IMG/VR virus record: IMGVR_UViG_3300044825_000698
Location: 35,045 to 99,044 of that record
Reading direction: 5' to 3' (one strand)
Length of the DNA: 64,000 bases
Origin: a virus
The stretch's first letter is position 1. Each line of letters begins with the position of its first letter. The notes beneath the pieces are model-generated. The model saw only the letters and a list, made by a program, of their open reading frames with translations, was not told where the DNA came from and made no database searches. Positions 10,888 through 21,328 of this stretch are shown here, piece after piece. The translations under genes were made by a program, and so were the position numbers.

Positions 10888-12039
10888 TCAAGCGGCGGTG
10901 TACTCGTTGCCCCGCCATATGGCACGGCCATTACGAATGTGTACGATCTCCTTAGACCAGGAGCCGTCGGCGGCTACCGTAACAATGCCGACCCCTTGTT
11001 GCCAGTTCTCCCAGCGCTTCACAGGACGCCCTGTAATCGTCGTCCCGCCCTTGGTAGAGGGAATACTGCCATCGACCCTGGATAGGCACCCAGGAGACCA
11101 AGCATTGACCACTACAGGCTCACCATCGACCTCAAAGGTTTCGTAGTGGTCTTGTATACGGTGTATATGACCCTGAACCATCGACTGGCGCTCGTTCTTA
11201 GCCACGGCAGATACGGTCAACCGTTCTCCGTGTACGGCATACAGCGGAGTCTGGTGGTCTCCACCGGTGGCCAGTCTCACTCGACCTGCCGGATAGCCAT
11301 CATGGTATGTCACGCCGAGGTCTTCTAACCGCAATAAGGATTGAAGCGACAAGACGGGCCACTCCTCTGGAGCGTTGGCCCGTCGAAGCCGTAGAGCGGC
11401 CATAGCGTTCTTGGTGATGGCGATGGGCAGACGGTTATCGTGGTTGCCTTCCATCATGTGGATTTCACAACCCGTTGGAGACTCCGCCTTCTGTTCGGCC
11501 AAATACTGATGCGTACGGTCGATAGTCGGCTGGGTAGTCATTACGAACTCGGGGCTGACCAAGAACTTGGACGACCACTCCGGGAAGTCACAGGTATCAC
11601 CGAGGTTGACAATGACTGACGGCTTACACTCACGGATTAGTTGGAGCGATACGTTGATGGCGACTTCGTCGTGGAAGGGGTCCAGCGTTCCGTCTTCGTA
11701 ACGTCGATATCCGATCTGCGGGTCCGGGGCAATGAAGATGACCTTCTCAGTGCGCTTGGGGTCAGGCTTGATTGTTGACTTGACAATCGTGGGTTTGCAC
11801 GGTTGTACAACAGGCCATTCAGGCCCCGATTCCCAACTAGGCGAGAAGGCAATGGCAGTAAGATCATGGATCTCTGCTTCGCCCTCGTCGTTCTTAGTTA
11901 GCGTCTGATAGAGGGAGACCTTCTGGATGTTGCCTACATCGTTTACATCGATGTTATGGCGATCCAGTAGATCGGCAAGTTTGCCCAACTTCTGACGTGT
12001 GTTATCTGGGTTGGCCAGGTCCTTGGCAAGATCACTCAC
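10888..12039 (-). CDS. Calcineurin-like metallophosphoesterase
   Basis: PDPQ, NLGDTCD, EGNHD, VHG and GHIH motifs. Confidence 0.85.
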   Translation of the reverse strand: MSDLAKDLANPDNTRQKLGKLADLLDRHNIDVNDVGNIQKVSLYQTLTKNDEGEAEIHDLTAIAFSPSWESGPEWPVVQPCKPTIVKSTIKPDPKRTEKVIFIAPDPQIGYRRYEDGTLDPFHDEVAINVSLQLIRECKPSVIVNLGDTCDFPEWSSKFLVSPEFVMTTQPTIDRTHQYLAEQKAESPTGCEIHMMEGNHDNRLPIAITKNAMAALRLRRANAPEEWPVLSLQSLLRLEDLGVTYHDGYPAGRVRLATGGDHQTPLYAVHGERLTVSAVAKNERQSMVQGHIHRIQDHYETFEVDGEPVVVNAWSPGCLSRVDGSIPSTKGGTTITGRPVKRWENWQQGVGIVTVAADGSWSKEIVHIRNGRAIWRGNEYTAA

Positions 12040-12304
12040 AACTGCACTTCCCCGTTACGTGGCGTGCGATAGTGCTTGAACTAATCGGATGCCCATTCTT
12101 CTTAAGAACGTCAGCCAACCATGTATACGAGTACACACGTGCTCTACCTTCTCCTGTGTCTGTCTTTACACGTTCAAGAGCGTTCTCGACGGCTGTGCGT
12201 TCCTCATCGGAGAGCGCCGCAAGTAGGCGAGTGAAAGCGCAGATCATCTTCACGTTTGATGGCTCGCGTGACAGGAGATCGGCTACTAGGCCGTGTTCAG
12301 ACAT
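12032..12304 (-). CDS. Small HTH-like protein with Cys/His residues
   Basis: WLADVLKKNGHPISSSTIARH...CSC. Confidence 0.55.
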   Translation of the reverse strand: MSEHGLVADLLSREPSNVKMICAFTRLLAALSDEERTAVENALERVKTDTGEGRARVYSYTWLADVLKKNGHPISSSTIARHVTGKCSCE

Positions 12305-12554
12305 GCGAAACTCCTAATTGTGATGGCGGTTATGCGGCGGTTACGCTCCGACCATTATAGGGTTTCTTGACGGGGTTGGCAAGCACTGTCAATGACTGTA
12401 TTACTTGCATGAGATTGCGCTCTTCATCGGTGCCACGTGGGGCAACTCGGGAAAGAAAATACAGGGCTACCTGTGCCTCTGATGGTGACATCGTGTCCTC
12501 CTATTGTTTCACGGAACACGACTTTACCAAAGGTGTCAAGTACCTCGATACATC

Positions 12555-13319
12555 TCACTTAGGCTTACGTTGACGCAGTGGGATGTCTGCTTCCGTCTTA
12601 GGACGAGCCGGTGTACGTGTTTTACGAAGATTCTTAAGACTTTCCTTTACGTACTGTGCGGCACCCTTCTCTTTGAACGGTTTGGGCTTTAGTCCCATGC
12701 TACGAGATATCTCACCGGCTTCTACTCCTATTGCTTCCTGAAGCCCAGGAGTAATACGGACACGGCGACGACCGGACTCTTCTGATACACCAAGGTCTTC
12801 AACAGTTGGGTTATACCCCTCACGACCTTTCCACTGATCCTTGTTCAGATAATCAGGAATCGGGATGTCCCCTTCGTAACCTTTCTTACCGAGGTTACCA
12901 ATAGCCGCTTGTTTCCCCTGTACGCCGATGTGCATCGCCGCCTCAAGACCCTCTGGTGTGCGGGGAGTAGCAACAGACGTATCCATCTGGACGACCCCTG
13001 TGTCCGGGTCGAGCCACCCGCCCATAATCATGGAAGCGCCTTTGGTTCCTAGAATCTTACGATTCTTCTCGTTGAACTCACGCATCTGGTCTGCGGCGGA
13101 ACGGCCCTCAGTTAATGATACCTCTGCGGCACGCCCGCCCTCGGGGGCAAACCCTGTAGAGAACACATCACGAGCGGGACGGCCAACTCCGGGACCCGAG
13201 GTACGGATACTAAAACCTTCCCCTGGTTTCGGAGCATTACGGGTAATTTCCCCTGGCTTATTAGGCTCATCAAATGTCAACTCACCGGGGTATCTAACTT
13301 TACGCCTACGTCTGTCCAC
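12555..13319 (-). CDS. Hypothetical protein
   Basis: 254-aa ORF with GGAG RBS. Confidence 0.65.
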   Translation of the reverse strand: MDRRRRKVRYPGELTFDEPNKPGEITRNAPKPGEGFSIRTSGPGVGRPARDVFSTGFAPEGGRAAEVSLTEGRSAADQMREFNEKNRKILGTKGASMIMGGWLDPDTGVVQMDTSVATPRTPEGLEAAMHIGVQGKQAAIGNLGKKGYEGDIPIPDYLNKDQWKGREGYNPTVEDLGVSEESGRRRVRITPGLQEAIGVEAGEISRSMGLKPKPFKEKGAAQYVKESLKNLRKTRTPARPKTEADIPLRQRKPK

Positions 13320-13357
13320 GGTTGCTCCTCCAGATGTACCTTGGTATAGTACCAGAC

Positions 13358-13519
13358 ATGAGTATTAATATGAGTGACGAAGACTTTGCGGCAGTATACG
13401 AGGCCGTGCAATTCTTTAATGAAATGGGAGAAGATTCAGATATAAACTATTCTCTGGATCTACTGGAAATTGCCCAAGAGATTCTTGATAAGTACGTCAG
13501 TCAAATAAATCCCAGTTGA
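13358..13519 (+). CDS. Small acidic protein, leaderless, opposite to its neighbours
   Basis: TGGTATAGT extended -10 seven nt upstream of ATG 13358. Confidence 0.5.
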   Translation: MSINMSDEDFAAVYEAVQFFNEMGEDSDINYSLDLLEIAQEILDKYVSQINPS

Positions 13520-14363
13520 GATGGCTTAACCGTCCCATGTCTACTGGTTTTCCAGTACTGGTCATGTATGGTTCACCTTTACGTGGGATTCCCACTTTCC
13601 TTTGGCCACCCTTTGCCGTAGGCCGACTCATTTCAATATCTTTACCAGCCAACCAAAGGGCGGCTTGAGCCTGATTTCCTACGTGCAGACCTCGGACACC
13701 ACGCCCTGCCAAAGTTGAGTACACATCGGCCATCCGTTCAAAACGGCTTGAGCCTTGTTTGTATGGGTGTGAAGATCCTTTAACTAGGTCGGCACTTGTT
13801 ATCCCACGAGGGTAACTTCGTGATGGTCGCATTTCGTTAGCGATCATGTCGTAGGCCCGAAAGTCCACGGTAACCTCAGGACCCTCAGGATCTAAGATAT
13901 TACGGAAGAATGAGTTTGTCTTAGGGTTTGTACGGCGGTTAAGAACTTCTTCTGGGTCTGCTCCACGATGCATTTGTAATGCTCGTCCAATGTTCCTGTC
14001 TGTCGAAACACTAAGACCCGGATAGTGCTCCTTTAGTAGATTCTTTACTTCACTACTACGACTATTGCGTAAAGAACTTCTTTGAATCATCTGCTCGTGT
14101 TCTGGTGTTAAACGCAATAAATCATGAAAAGCAGACTTATTCTGTTCCCACTCTGTTCCAGCAGATAAGGCAGATATTACCCCAGCGGCACTACGTGTGG
14201 ATGTTCCAAACTCTCTACCGGCCTGACGGGTTATGTCATGAGCCTGCGGATACCAGTTCTTACCCGCTTCTATATGATGTTCAGGGATTGTTTCAGCAAA
14301 GTTAGACATACGTCTTACGATTGCCGCCATTTGACGTTGGTTAAAGATATCAAAACCAGCCAT
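13497..14363 (-). CDS. Phage protein, DUF7178 / HhH-like fold
   Basis: GKNWY, AAGVISALS..TEW..N, KTNSFFRNI, VTVD, QAQAALW pattern. Confidence 0.55.
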   Translation of the reverse strand: MAGFDIFNQRQMAAIVRRMSNFAETIPEHHIEAGKNWYPQAHDITRQAGREFGTSTRSAAGVISALSAGTEWEQNKSAFHDLLRLTPEHEQMIQRSSLRNSRSSEVKNLLKEHYPGLSVSTDRNIGRALQMHRGADPEEVLNRRTNPKTNSFFRNILDPEGPEVTVDFRAYDMIANEMRPSRSYPRGITSADLVKGSSHPYKQGSSRFERMADVYSTLAGRGVRGLHVGNQAQAALWLAGKDIEMSRPTAKGGQRKVGIPRKGEPYMTSTGKPVDMGRLSHLNWDLFD

Positions 14364-14560
14364 TATTTATCTCCCCGACACGAGCGGATGGAACCATAAA
14401 AACTGCACCGACGGCACTTGGTGCACCCACACCCGGATGAGTACACAGGCGCAATAGGTAGGTCCTCAGACGTGGTTAAAGCAGAGGGTGAGGCAACCTC
14501 TGTTACCCCACCCTCCGCACCAGTGGCGACACCTGGACTAATGCCAGGCCCCATTATCAA
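14363..14560 (-). CDS. Small Cys-rich hypothetical protein
   Basis: Coupled ORF; CGCTKCRRC. Confidence 0.4.
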   Translation of the reverse strand: MIMGPGISPGVATGAEGGVTEVASPSALTTSEDLPIAPVYSSGCGCTKCRRCSFYGSIRSCRGDK

Positions 14561-14958
14561 CCGCTAACGCGAGCGGCGGCTGGACGGTTTGCACGACCGC
14601 CCGAGTTGTATGCGTACTCAAACGTAGGCATACCGTCGCCAGACATGGAACCCTGTACGAAGTCCCCGAGCATGGCTGGAGCCTCGACCCAGGAAGCCGA
14701 GCCGACGTGGGCACGCTCCTGCATGGTCTGCTCTGGGTACTTGTAGAACATCTCTGGGTTATTGTGGTTCATACGCGCCTGTGATGGAGCGGTGTCGGCG
14801 TAAGCGCCCTGGCCGAAGTCACGAGGAACATCGGTGTCAGTGGCTACGCCTTCCATGAAGCGCTTTGGACCACGGTTCATTGGGATGCTCGATGCCATAG
14901 AGCGCTCAAATACGGGAGTGCCCTTCTCTGGGAACATCGGGTTGGGAGCAACATTCAT
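14557..14958 (-). CDS. Hypothetical protein, possibly virion-associated
   Basis: AGGAGG RBS; TGGTAATCT extended -10 upstream. Confidence 0.65.
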   Translation of the reverse strand: MNVAPNPMFPEKGTPVFERSMASSIPMNRGPKRFMEGVATDTDVPRDFGQGAYADTAPSQARMNHNNPEMFYKYPEQTMQERAHVGSASWVEAPAMLGDFVQGSMSGDGMPTFEYAYNSGGRANRPAAARVSG

Positions 14959-15018
14959 AAATTAATCCTCCTGAAGGAGTTTCCGGTAGATAAAGATTAC
15001 CACTTTTTGTAGACCGTA

Positions 15019-16572
15019 TCAGAAGAACGGGTTCTCTGATACTGAGATTACCGGCATTGTATCCTGAACCGACATCGCACATGCGATGGCTAGACTGTCT
15101 GGGTAGTCGTCGAAAGCGCCCCGCTCCTCTGGTGCGGCGGCTAGAAGGTATGGTCCTCTGTACACCTTCTCCAGGTCGGACATTTGCTGGTTAAAACGCT
15201 TCCACGGACGGGTACGGCGAGCCTTGGAGTGACCAGGAACAATCAACTGGTCACGCTGGATGAGTTCCGTCAGATGTACCCAGCGTTCATTCTGGGCCTT
15301 AGCGTCAGACGACACTGGTAGAACCTCTACCTGGGGCAGGAGGATCTGTAGACGTTCGGCTACAGCGCCTCCAACACCTTGCGAATCCACACCAATACGT
15401 AGTACATCATAATTGCGGATAAAATCAATGATCTCAAAGTACTGTTGCTCCCACTCTTGGTTATTGATTTCCAGCCAGTTAAGAACTCGGTGTTCGTAAA
15501 AACCGAAGCCGTCAGGGTGGTCCCAGTCGACCCACACGACAGTGGCCACGGTTGAGTCATTAGACCGGGCTACGTCGATACCAATGACAACTGGGGTCCG
15601 CCACCACTGTTTGATAAGGGCCATAGATGGGTCGTACATCCGCTCCAGGCGTTCCTCGGTAACGAACATTCCCTTCTCTAAGATCCACTTATTACAATAA
15701 GACATCATGAACTCGTCTGAGTCCTCGCCAATACGTACCTTCTCTTTGGCGATGAACTTGGCGTAGTTCTCATTGTACTTGGCGGCTGTGCGCCAGTCGT
15801 ATTCAAAATGAGCCTGACGGTGGCCCCTCTTGTGGTTTACGTCCCGGCGCTTGTTGTACTGGATCATCTTGTAGAAATAGGATTTATTCCTAGTTGCCGT
15901 ACCAGTAAGGGCAATCGATCCGTTGTTGAACGCCAACATGGGCTTGATCGACTTGGTGATCATGAACTCGTCAGCCTCTTGGGCCTCGTCTACTAGAACG
16001 AAGTGATAGGTCTTGGACTCGATCTTGGCCTTGGGGTTACAAGTCTGCATACGACACAGAGAACCGGAGTGTTTTAGGGTGATTATTCGACCCTTACCAC
16101 GGGCACCACCAGAGGTGGCCTTGTCATCGATTTCAGGGTCCAGCAAGAAGTCCATGGCATGGTCGCTGGTCAACTTGGTGACGATACGGCTAAATACCGT
16201 GTCGGCTTGGTCTTCGACAGGGGCGAATACACCGCACCAGAAGCCCTTCTCAAACTTGCCCAACCAGGTTGGATACACCTTGGCCAACTTAGGAAGGATG
16301 ACCATCATGGAGGCCATGACATTAGACAGAACTTCGGACTTACCCGACTGTCGGGTCGCCACGAGAGTTACCTCTTCACCATCGCCTAGAACAATCGACT
16401 CGATCAACCGATAGGCGATGGGCAACTGGTACGGGAACAGGGTTACGTCACAGAACTCTTCCGTAAACAGTATGAGTTTCTTAACAAGAGCATCAACAAA
16501 CTCTGCTGATGTTTCGTCCAGTTCCTCAACCTGGTCTTCTGGAAGAAGTTCTTCGTCTAGAAGATCATCCAT
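15019..16572 (-). CDS. terL: Terminase large subunit
   Basis: Walker A RQSGKSE, Walker B VLVDEAQ, nuclease GIDVA and FDDYPDSLA. Confidence 0.95.
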   Translation of the reverse strand: MDDLLDEELLPEDQVEELDETSAEFVDALVKKLILFTEEFCDVTLFPYQLPIAYRLIESIVLGDGEEVTLVATRQSGKSEVLSNVMASMMVILPKLAKVYPTWLGKFEKGFWCGVFAPVEDQADTVFSRIVTKLTSDHAMDFLLDPEIDDKATSGGARGKGRIITLKHSGSLCRMQTCNPKAKIESKTYHFVLVDEAQEADEFMITKSIKPMLAFNNGSIALTGTATRNKSYFYKMIQYNKRRDVNHKRGHRQAHFEYDWRTAAKYNENYAKFIAKEKVRIGEDSDEFMMSYCNKWILEKGMFVTEERLERMYDPSMALIKQWWRTPVVIGIDVARSNDSTVATVVWVDWDHPDGFGFYEHRVLNWLEINNQEWEQQYFEIIDFIRNYDVLRIGVDSQGVGGAVAERLQILLPQVEVLPVSSDAKAQNERWVHLTELIQRDQLIVPGHSKARRTRPWKRFNQQMSDLEKVYRGPYLLAAAPEERGAFDDYPDSLAIACAMSVQDTMPVISVSENPFF

Positions 16573-16811
16573 TAGACCTTCTTACGTTCCCGAATCTCCG
16601 TTAGGAGGGCTTGTAGGGCATCTACGTGCTGGACCACTTCTTCGATAGGTGCATCGTGGTAACGCCATTGATCAAACGACGCCCCGAGACCCATAAGAGT
16701 ATTGTCAAACCAGGACAACAAGGTTTGGTATTCCGTATTGGCCAGACGGGCTAAACGCCTGTCTAGTTCCTGTGTTGGACCTTCTTTACGCTGAAACAAC
16801 TTCATCGCCAA
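16572..16811 (-). CDS. Hypothetical protein
   Basis: ORF coupled to terL. Confidence 0.6.
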   Translation of the reverse strand: MAMKLFQRKEGPTQELDRRLARLANTEYQTLLSWFDNTLMGLGASFDQWRYHDAPIEEVVQHVDALQALLTEIRERKKV

Positions 16812-17071
16812 TCTCCAATATCGGATGGTGTCATTTCTAGAAATCTACCATTGACCGCTACAAGCATCCCTTGTTCCTCGTCAGCGGCTTTGTTATTACG
16901 GGCCAACCCAATCTGGAAAGAATACTTACCTATACGCAAATGAAGTCCACGACCGGTCTTCCATGGCGGAGCGGTTTGGCGCATGAATCCTAAACCGACT
17001 ACCTTGTCGCCCTTCTTGGCGTTATCCCTTGTGATCCAGTAAAGAGGCCCGATGTAATACAACCGATTCAT
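16802..17071 (-). CDS. Hypothetical protein
   Basis: ORF within operon. Confidence 0.6.
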   Translation of the reverse strand: MNRLYYIGPLYWITRDNAKKGDKVVGLGFMRQTAPPWKTGRGLHLRIGKYSFQIGLARNNKAADEEQGMLVAVNGRFLEMTPSDIGDWR

Positions 17072-17074
17072 ATC

Positions 17075-17626
17075 TTAAATACCAACTCCAGCAGGCACCG
17101 ACGCTACTGCGCCGTGTCCATATTGTTCCAAATACCGAACTGACTTTCCTTTGGATACTGAGTTACGGAAGTTGCGATACTCAGCCAAGGGGATAGGGGT
17201 GTAAATACCGTAACGCCACAGGGAGTTGTTCTTGATGAACCGCACATAAATTAATCCGGTGATATTGAAATCCATGAACTGACGCTGGCTAAGAGTTCCA
17301 GACTCAGTGGCTTCTGAAATCTTGCTAATGATATCCGGGTCATCTGGAACAAACTGATGTGCTGATACACGAGTACTGCGGTTTGGACCCTGGTAATACT
17401 CCTGGGCTATATCTAGAACGTACGGTTCAAAGTCCGGGATACCTAGAAGTAGAGAACGTCGTCCGGTAGCCCCGTAGGGGTTTTCTTCACTAGGGAGTTC
17501 TCGTCCCTGCGCCGGTCGAGAATAGAACTCATCAATATCGGCGGTTATCTCGTCTAGGCGAGTACCGAGAGCATTGGGCCTACGATCACGTCGTGGGTAC
17601 TGTGGGTAATCTTTGTAACTCGCCAT
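17075..17626 (-). CDS. KTSC-like domain protein
   Basis: C-terminal LIYVRF....WRY...IP..EY.NF..S.SKG. Confidence 0.55.
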   Translation of the reverse strand: MASYKDYPQYPRRDRRPNALGTRLDEITADIDEFYSRPAQGRELPSEENPYGATGRRSLLLGIPDFEPYVLDIAQEYYQGPNRSTRVSAHQFVPDDPDIISKISEATESGTLSQRQFMDFNITGLIYVRFIKNNSLWRYGIYTPIPLAEYRNFRNSVSKGKSVRYLEQYGHGAVASVPAGVGI

Positions 17627-17679
17627 ACAACTTCTCCGGTGTTAGATCCCAATAGTATCATTCACCTATCGGTTGTATT

Positions 17680-18723
17680 CTATAAATTGTTAAGCATCCA
17701 CTGGAGATTGTTGGTCAAACGCTCGTCGCTGTTCCTAGCAATGGCTTGTTCGACGTATGTGATGGCCAGGTCCTTAACCCCGGTATGCCAAGCCGCAAGT
17801 GACCCAATATCGTATAGGTATGACCCCCACGCCTCTGGCTCACTGAGGTAATCGGTGGCTTTGTCGGTGATGCTGAGGGCACGAGTTACTGCGGCCAGAC
17901 ATTCAGTCCACTGCTCTGTGCGGTAATAGTGGGACGCCAAGTCGACCCATGGTTCTCTGCGCCCTGGATCTTCTGCGGTGGCCCGTAGTAACCAGGTCTC
18001 AGCCTCGTGGGGCAGGCACTTGGCTAGATACCTCATGCTCTTGGCCCGTTCTGGTTTCCATACCGCTGAGGGCATGGCCAGATGACGTTTGAACTCCGTA
18101 GCCGCCTTATCCAATTGATCATTAAAGAAGTATTCCCTGGCCAAGTAATGGGCCGTGCGGTCACAGTCAGGGGACTCCTTGGCCGCAAGTTCTAATAGTG
18201 GGAAGTACTGACTACGTGGTTTGGAGTTATCCGGATGATGGTGGATCTCCAGGCCGCACCAACCCTGAACTTCCTTAATAGTGGGAGTCAGAGTCTCATG
18301 AACTGGGTGCTTCCAGCGATACCCAAATCGGGAGTGGATCTTGTCTCCGCCGTAGGTAAGTCCAGGTGAACCGTCTGGGTTCCATGACCAGATGTAGTTA
18401 TAACGAGGCCGAGTGATACTCGGGTCTAATGCTTCTAAATGTTCGCGCCATCCCGGTTGTAGCACCTCGTCAGCGTCTAGTGCGATGCACATATCAATGT
18501 CGTCTGGGACAAGCGCCAGGGAGGCATTACGGGCATCGTCGAAACGCCACGGTCGCACGGTTATGAACGCAACTTCACATCCACTTTCCATGGCCACGCT
18601 GGTGGTGTTGTCGGTGGACCCAGTATCTACAACAAGGCGATAGTCAGCGTCGGCACATGAATCAGCCCATCGTTTGATGAACTGTTCTTCGTTCTTAGTA
18701 ATCGTATAGACGGCTATACGCAT
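17680..18723 (-). CDS. GT2 glycosyltransferase with TPR-like repeats
   Basis: IAVYTITKNEE, VDTGSTD, FDDARN, LDADE, PVHE; helical C-terminus. Confidence 0.9.
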   Translation of the reverse strand: MRIAVYTITKNEEQFIKRWADSCADADYRLVVDTGSTDNTTSVAMESGCEVAFITVRPWRFDDARNASLALVPDDIDMCIALDADEVLQPGWREHLEALDPSITRPRYNYIWSWNPDGSPGLTYGGDKIHSRFGYRWKHPVHETLTPTIKEVQGWCGLEIHHHPDNSKPRSQYFPLLELAAKESPDCDRTAHYLAREYFFNDQLDKAATEFKRHLAMPSAVWKPERAKSMRYLAKCLPHEAETWLLRATAEDPGRREPWVDLASHYYRTEQWTECLAAVTRALSITDKATDYLSEPEAWGSYLYDIGSLAAWHTGVKDLAITYVEQAIARNSDERLTNNLQWMLNNL

Positions 18724-19358
18724 TACTTAAAGGGTGGGCCGCTGATCCAGGCTACTAGGGAGTAACGGGTACCTTGCGTTACAGGCTTGACTCGATGCAT
18801 CGTGTATGACGGGAAAAACACCGTCATTCCACGGTCCTTCTTTACCTTTTGTGGAACCCGTCCGAACATCATTTCAAAATCTCCGCCTTTGTAGTCCTTA
18901 GGATCAGACAATTGAACGGATACGGATAATTTACGAGTAGCGGTAAGAAACCCACGGTCAACGTGCCAGTCATAATGTTGGCCCGGTGCAACATAACGTG
19001 TGAACTGGATACCTTGTTCCATACCTGTGAGATCAAATTTAAAGAATTGAGAGTTAATCTCGTTAATGGCACCAGCCATGCGAGCAAATATCCAGTTAGT
19101 AACTTCGTTAGGATACAAGAAATTAACGTATGAATTGCGGGTTTTGTCGGACTGCTCACCATAGGTATTGGCTTTTAGTAGTTCTGTACTATTACCAATT
19201 TCTATAATTGTGTCCAATTCTTCTGGCGTAAATACGCCAGTACGCCATGCCCAATTCTCTACATGGTCCAGTTGTAGTGGCCATGCCCCGCCACCTCGGG
19301 TGGGGTCTGGGCGTTCGGGCAGGTCAAGTTTGATTTTTGGTTTAATCGAGCGGGCCAT
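18723..19358 (-). CDS. 2OG-Fe(II) oxygenase (prolyl-4-hydroxylase/PKHD type)
   Basis: YDWHVD, RKLSVSVQL, FPSYTMHRVKPVTQGTRYSLVAW. Confidence 0.9.
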   Translation of the reverse strand: MARSIKPKIKLDLPERPDPTRGGGAWPLQLDHVENWAWRTGVFTPEELDTIIEIGNSTELLKANTYGEQSDKTRNSYVNFLYPNEVTNWIFARMAGAINEINSQFFKFDLTGMEQGIQFTRYVAPGQHYDWHVDRGFLTATRKLSVSVQLSDPKDYKGGDFEMMFGRVPQKVKKDRGMTVFFPSYTMHRVKPVTQGTRYSLVAWISGPPFK

Positions 19359-19947
19359 TAAACTTCTCCGGGACGAAGTGGAAGAACACTAGATCTGCTG
19401 ATCCATCACTTTTGGTAGGACGGTAGTGCCACGCATTAGTGCCAGAGTAACAGACAGCGTCGTTTGGACGCAAGTTACACACGGTCCAATCAACGGAGTC
19501 AATAATCGATTGCCGTTCCTCATCTAGAGGAAACGTATTACTAACACTTTTAACTTCTTTATCAGACATTTGAGGACCAATCGCAATTGGCCATGGGTCT
19601 GGTTGTTCTTGACGTATTAGATAGTCAATTGTGTACCGACACTGTGGGCGGTCAATGTGGAGTGGGCATTGACCACCCTTGTCGTACATCGACAAGAAGT
19701 TGTATGACGGTTTAACCTTTTCACCGAATAACTCACTTGCGTAATCGGTCAATTGGTGGTGGATACTGACAAAGAATCCTAAATTGTGACCATACCTACG
19801 GCCAAACTTTATTGGGGTGTTTGACCTATCATTATCGGATGCAAGCGGTATTGTTGGTAACCAATTATCCATAAATTTGATAATTGTTTTATAAGTGTTT
19901 GAATCAAATAGATCATTTACAATTAGTGGTTTATTTTTGTATTGCAC
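19342..19947 (-). CDS. 2OG-Fe(II) oxygenase-like protein
   Basis: PLHIDRPQC...WHYR...LVFFHF. Confidence 0.7.
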   Translation of the reverse strand: MQYKNKPLIVNDLFDSNTYKTIIKFMDNWLPTIPLASDNDRSNTPIKFGRRYGHNLGFFVSIHHQLTDYASELFGEKVKPSYNFLSMYDKGGQCPLHIDRPQCRYTIDYLIRQEQPDPWPIAIGPQMSDKEVKSVSNTFPLDEERQSIIDSVDWTVCNLRPNDAVCYSGTNAWHYRPTKSDGSADLVFFHFVPEKFNGPLD

Positions 19948-19970
19948 AATTGCTACTCCTAATTTATGTG

Positions 19971-20204
19971 TTAACGGATTATTGCGTTGATTTCGTCCTC
20001 ATCTAGACCAAGATTCATTAACTTATCACGTGCAGAAGACCTCTTAGCCGCTATTTCAGCAAACGAGTTTTCACGGGCGACACGATCAGCCTCAAACTGT
20101 ACTAAATCGGCTTCTCGTTGAGCAACCTCTGCGGGTGTGGACATACGAGTTTCAGTACGACCATCAGGGTAAGTGGTTGTGATCTCAAACGGCTCTATGG
20201 GCAT
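19971..20204 (-). CDS. Small fibre-associated protein
   Basis: C-terminal ARDKLMNLGLDEDEI pattern; follows fibre genes. Confidence 0.55.
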   Translation of the reverse strand: MPIEPFEITTTYPDGRTETRMSTPAEVAQREADLVQFEADRVARENSFAEIAAKRSSARDKLMNLGLDEDEINAIIR

Positions 20205-20221
20205 TTTTTCTCCTGTTTTAA

Positions 20222-20767
20222 TTATTGGGTAAAAGCATAGACAGTTACTTCACCAGTAAATGAACCAGCGGAGGCGATCAATGTAATACCATCATATGCG
20301 GTTGACTGAGAGTGTGTTGACGCAAGATCTAGTACGGCACCACCTAAGTAGTCATCTGCCAATATTGATCTTAGAGCAGTTGGCTGTGCCAACCTAGGAC
20401 CAAATACATACGCTGTAAATCCAGCACGCTGGGTGTTTCCACGGAAAGACATATCTGCATATGTAGTGGTAGTGCGTGAAGCACTTATAGCCGTCCCATC
20501 AGAAAATACGTATTGAGATACATACCCTGCATCGGTGGCATCACTGCCAGAATTTCTAAATCTATAACGAAATGTATAGTCGGCTGAAGTGGAGTGCCTA
20601 CCCATAATCATGTAGTTGTTGTATGACGTAGTAAATACCCCATTTAAAGACAGTGTTGCACATGCTGTAAATGATACGCGACCAGATGTGCCGATAGATG
20701 CAGATGAACCAGTTCCTGTTTGCGTAATACTAGTAGGAGTAACAACTACAAGACCGTTATCAGGCAT
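20222..20767 (-). CDS. Fibre / receptor-binding beta domain, paralog 1
   Basis: SLNGVFTTSYNNY...YDGITL....FTGEVTVY shared with the next two ORFs. Confidence 0.65.
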   Translation of the reverse strand: MPDNGLVVVTPTSITQTGTGSSASIGTSGRVSFTACATLSLNGVFTTSYNNYMIMGRHSTSADYTFRYRFRNSGSDATDAGYVSQYVFSDGTAISASRTTTTYADMSFRGNTQRAGFTAYVFGPRLAQPTALRSILADDYLGGAVLDLASTHSQSTAYDGITLIASAGSFTGEVTVYAFTQ

Positions 20768-20768
20768 A

Positions 20769-21326
20769 TTAATTCCTTATACCATAAAAGGTAATTTGAC
20801 CAGAAATGCTTCCGGCTTCCGTAAGTAGGCTAATCCCATCATAAGATACTGGTAGTTCATGCCTAGTAGCAGACTCCCATAGCACAGTTCCACCAGTAGT
20901 TCGGCAAACATTACTCGTCCTTGCAATAGTACGTTTAGTTGTAAAAGGGTTGTAGATGTAACCTATGGTTCCTGAAGGAAGGCCCATTCCGTGTAACGTA
21001 AAATACCCGTATGTGTCATTCTCTATACGCTCTCCACCGACAACAGCACCATCTCCAGTAGTGGTGTTCCATGTGTACGATGCAGTGGAACTAGCATTAC
21101 CATTAGCAAGAAGTCTAAAATAGGTTCTATTAGAACCAGTAGTACCACCTGAATAACGCATAACAACCATGTAATTGTCGTAGGCCGAACTAAAGACGTT
21201 GTTAATATTTAAAGTAGATGCGCTAGTAAACGTAATAGATCCTGAAGAACTAATAGATGAAGAAGAACCTGTTCCAAATGCAGTCACGCTAGCCGGAACT
21301 GCTATGTATAACCCATTAAGAGGCAT
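20769..21326 (-). CDS. Fibre beta domain, paralog 2
   Basis: NINNVFSSAYDNY...YDGISL...ISGQITFYG. Confidence 0.65.
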   Translation of the reverse strand: MPLNGLYIAVPASVTAFGTGSSSSISSSGSITFTSASTLNINNVFSSAYDNYMVVMRYSGGTTGSNRTYFRLLANGNASSTASYTWNTTTGDGAVVGGERIENDTYGYFTLHGMGLPSGTIGYIYNPFTTKRTIARTSNVCRTTGGTVLWESATRHELPVSYDGISLLTEAGSISGQITFYGIRN

Positions 21327-21328
21327 CT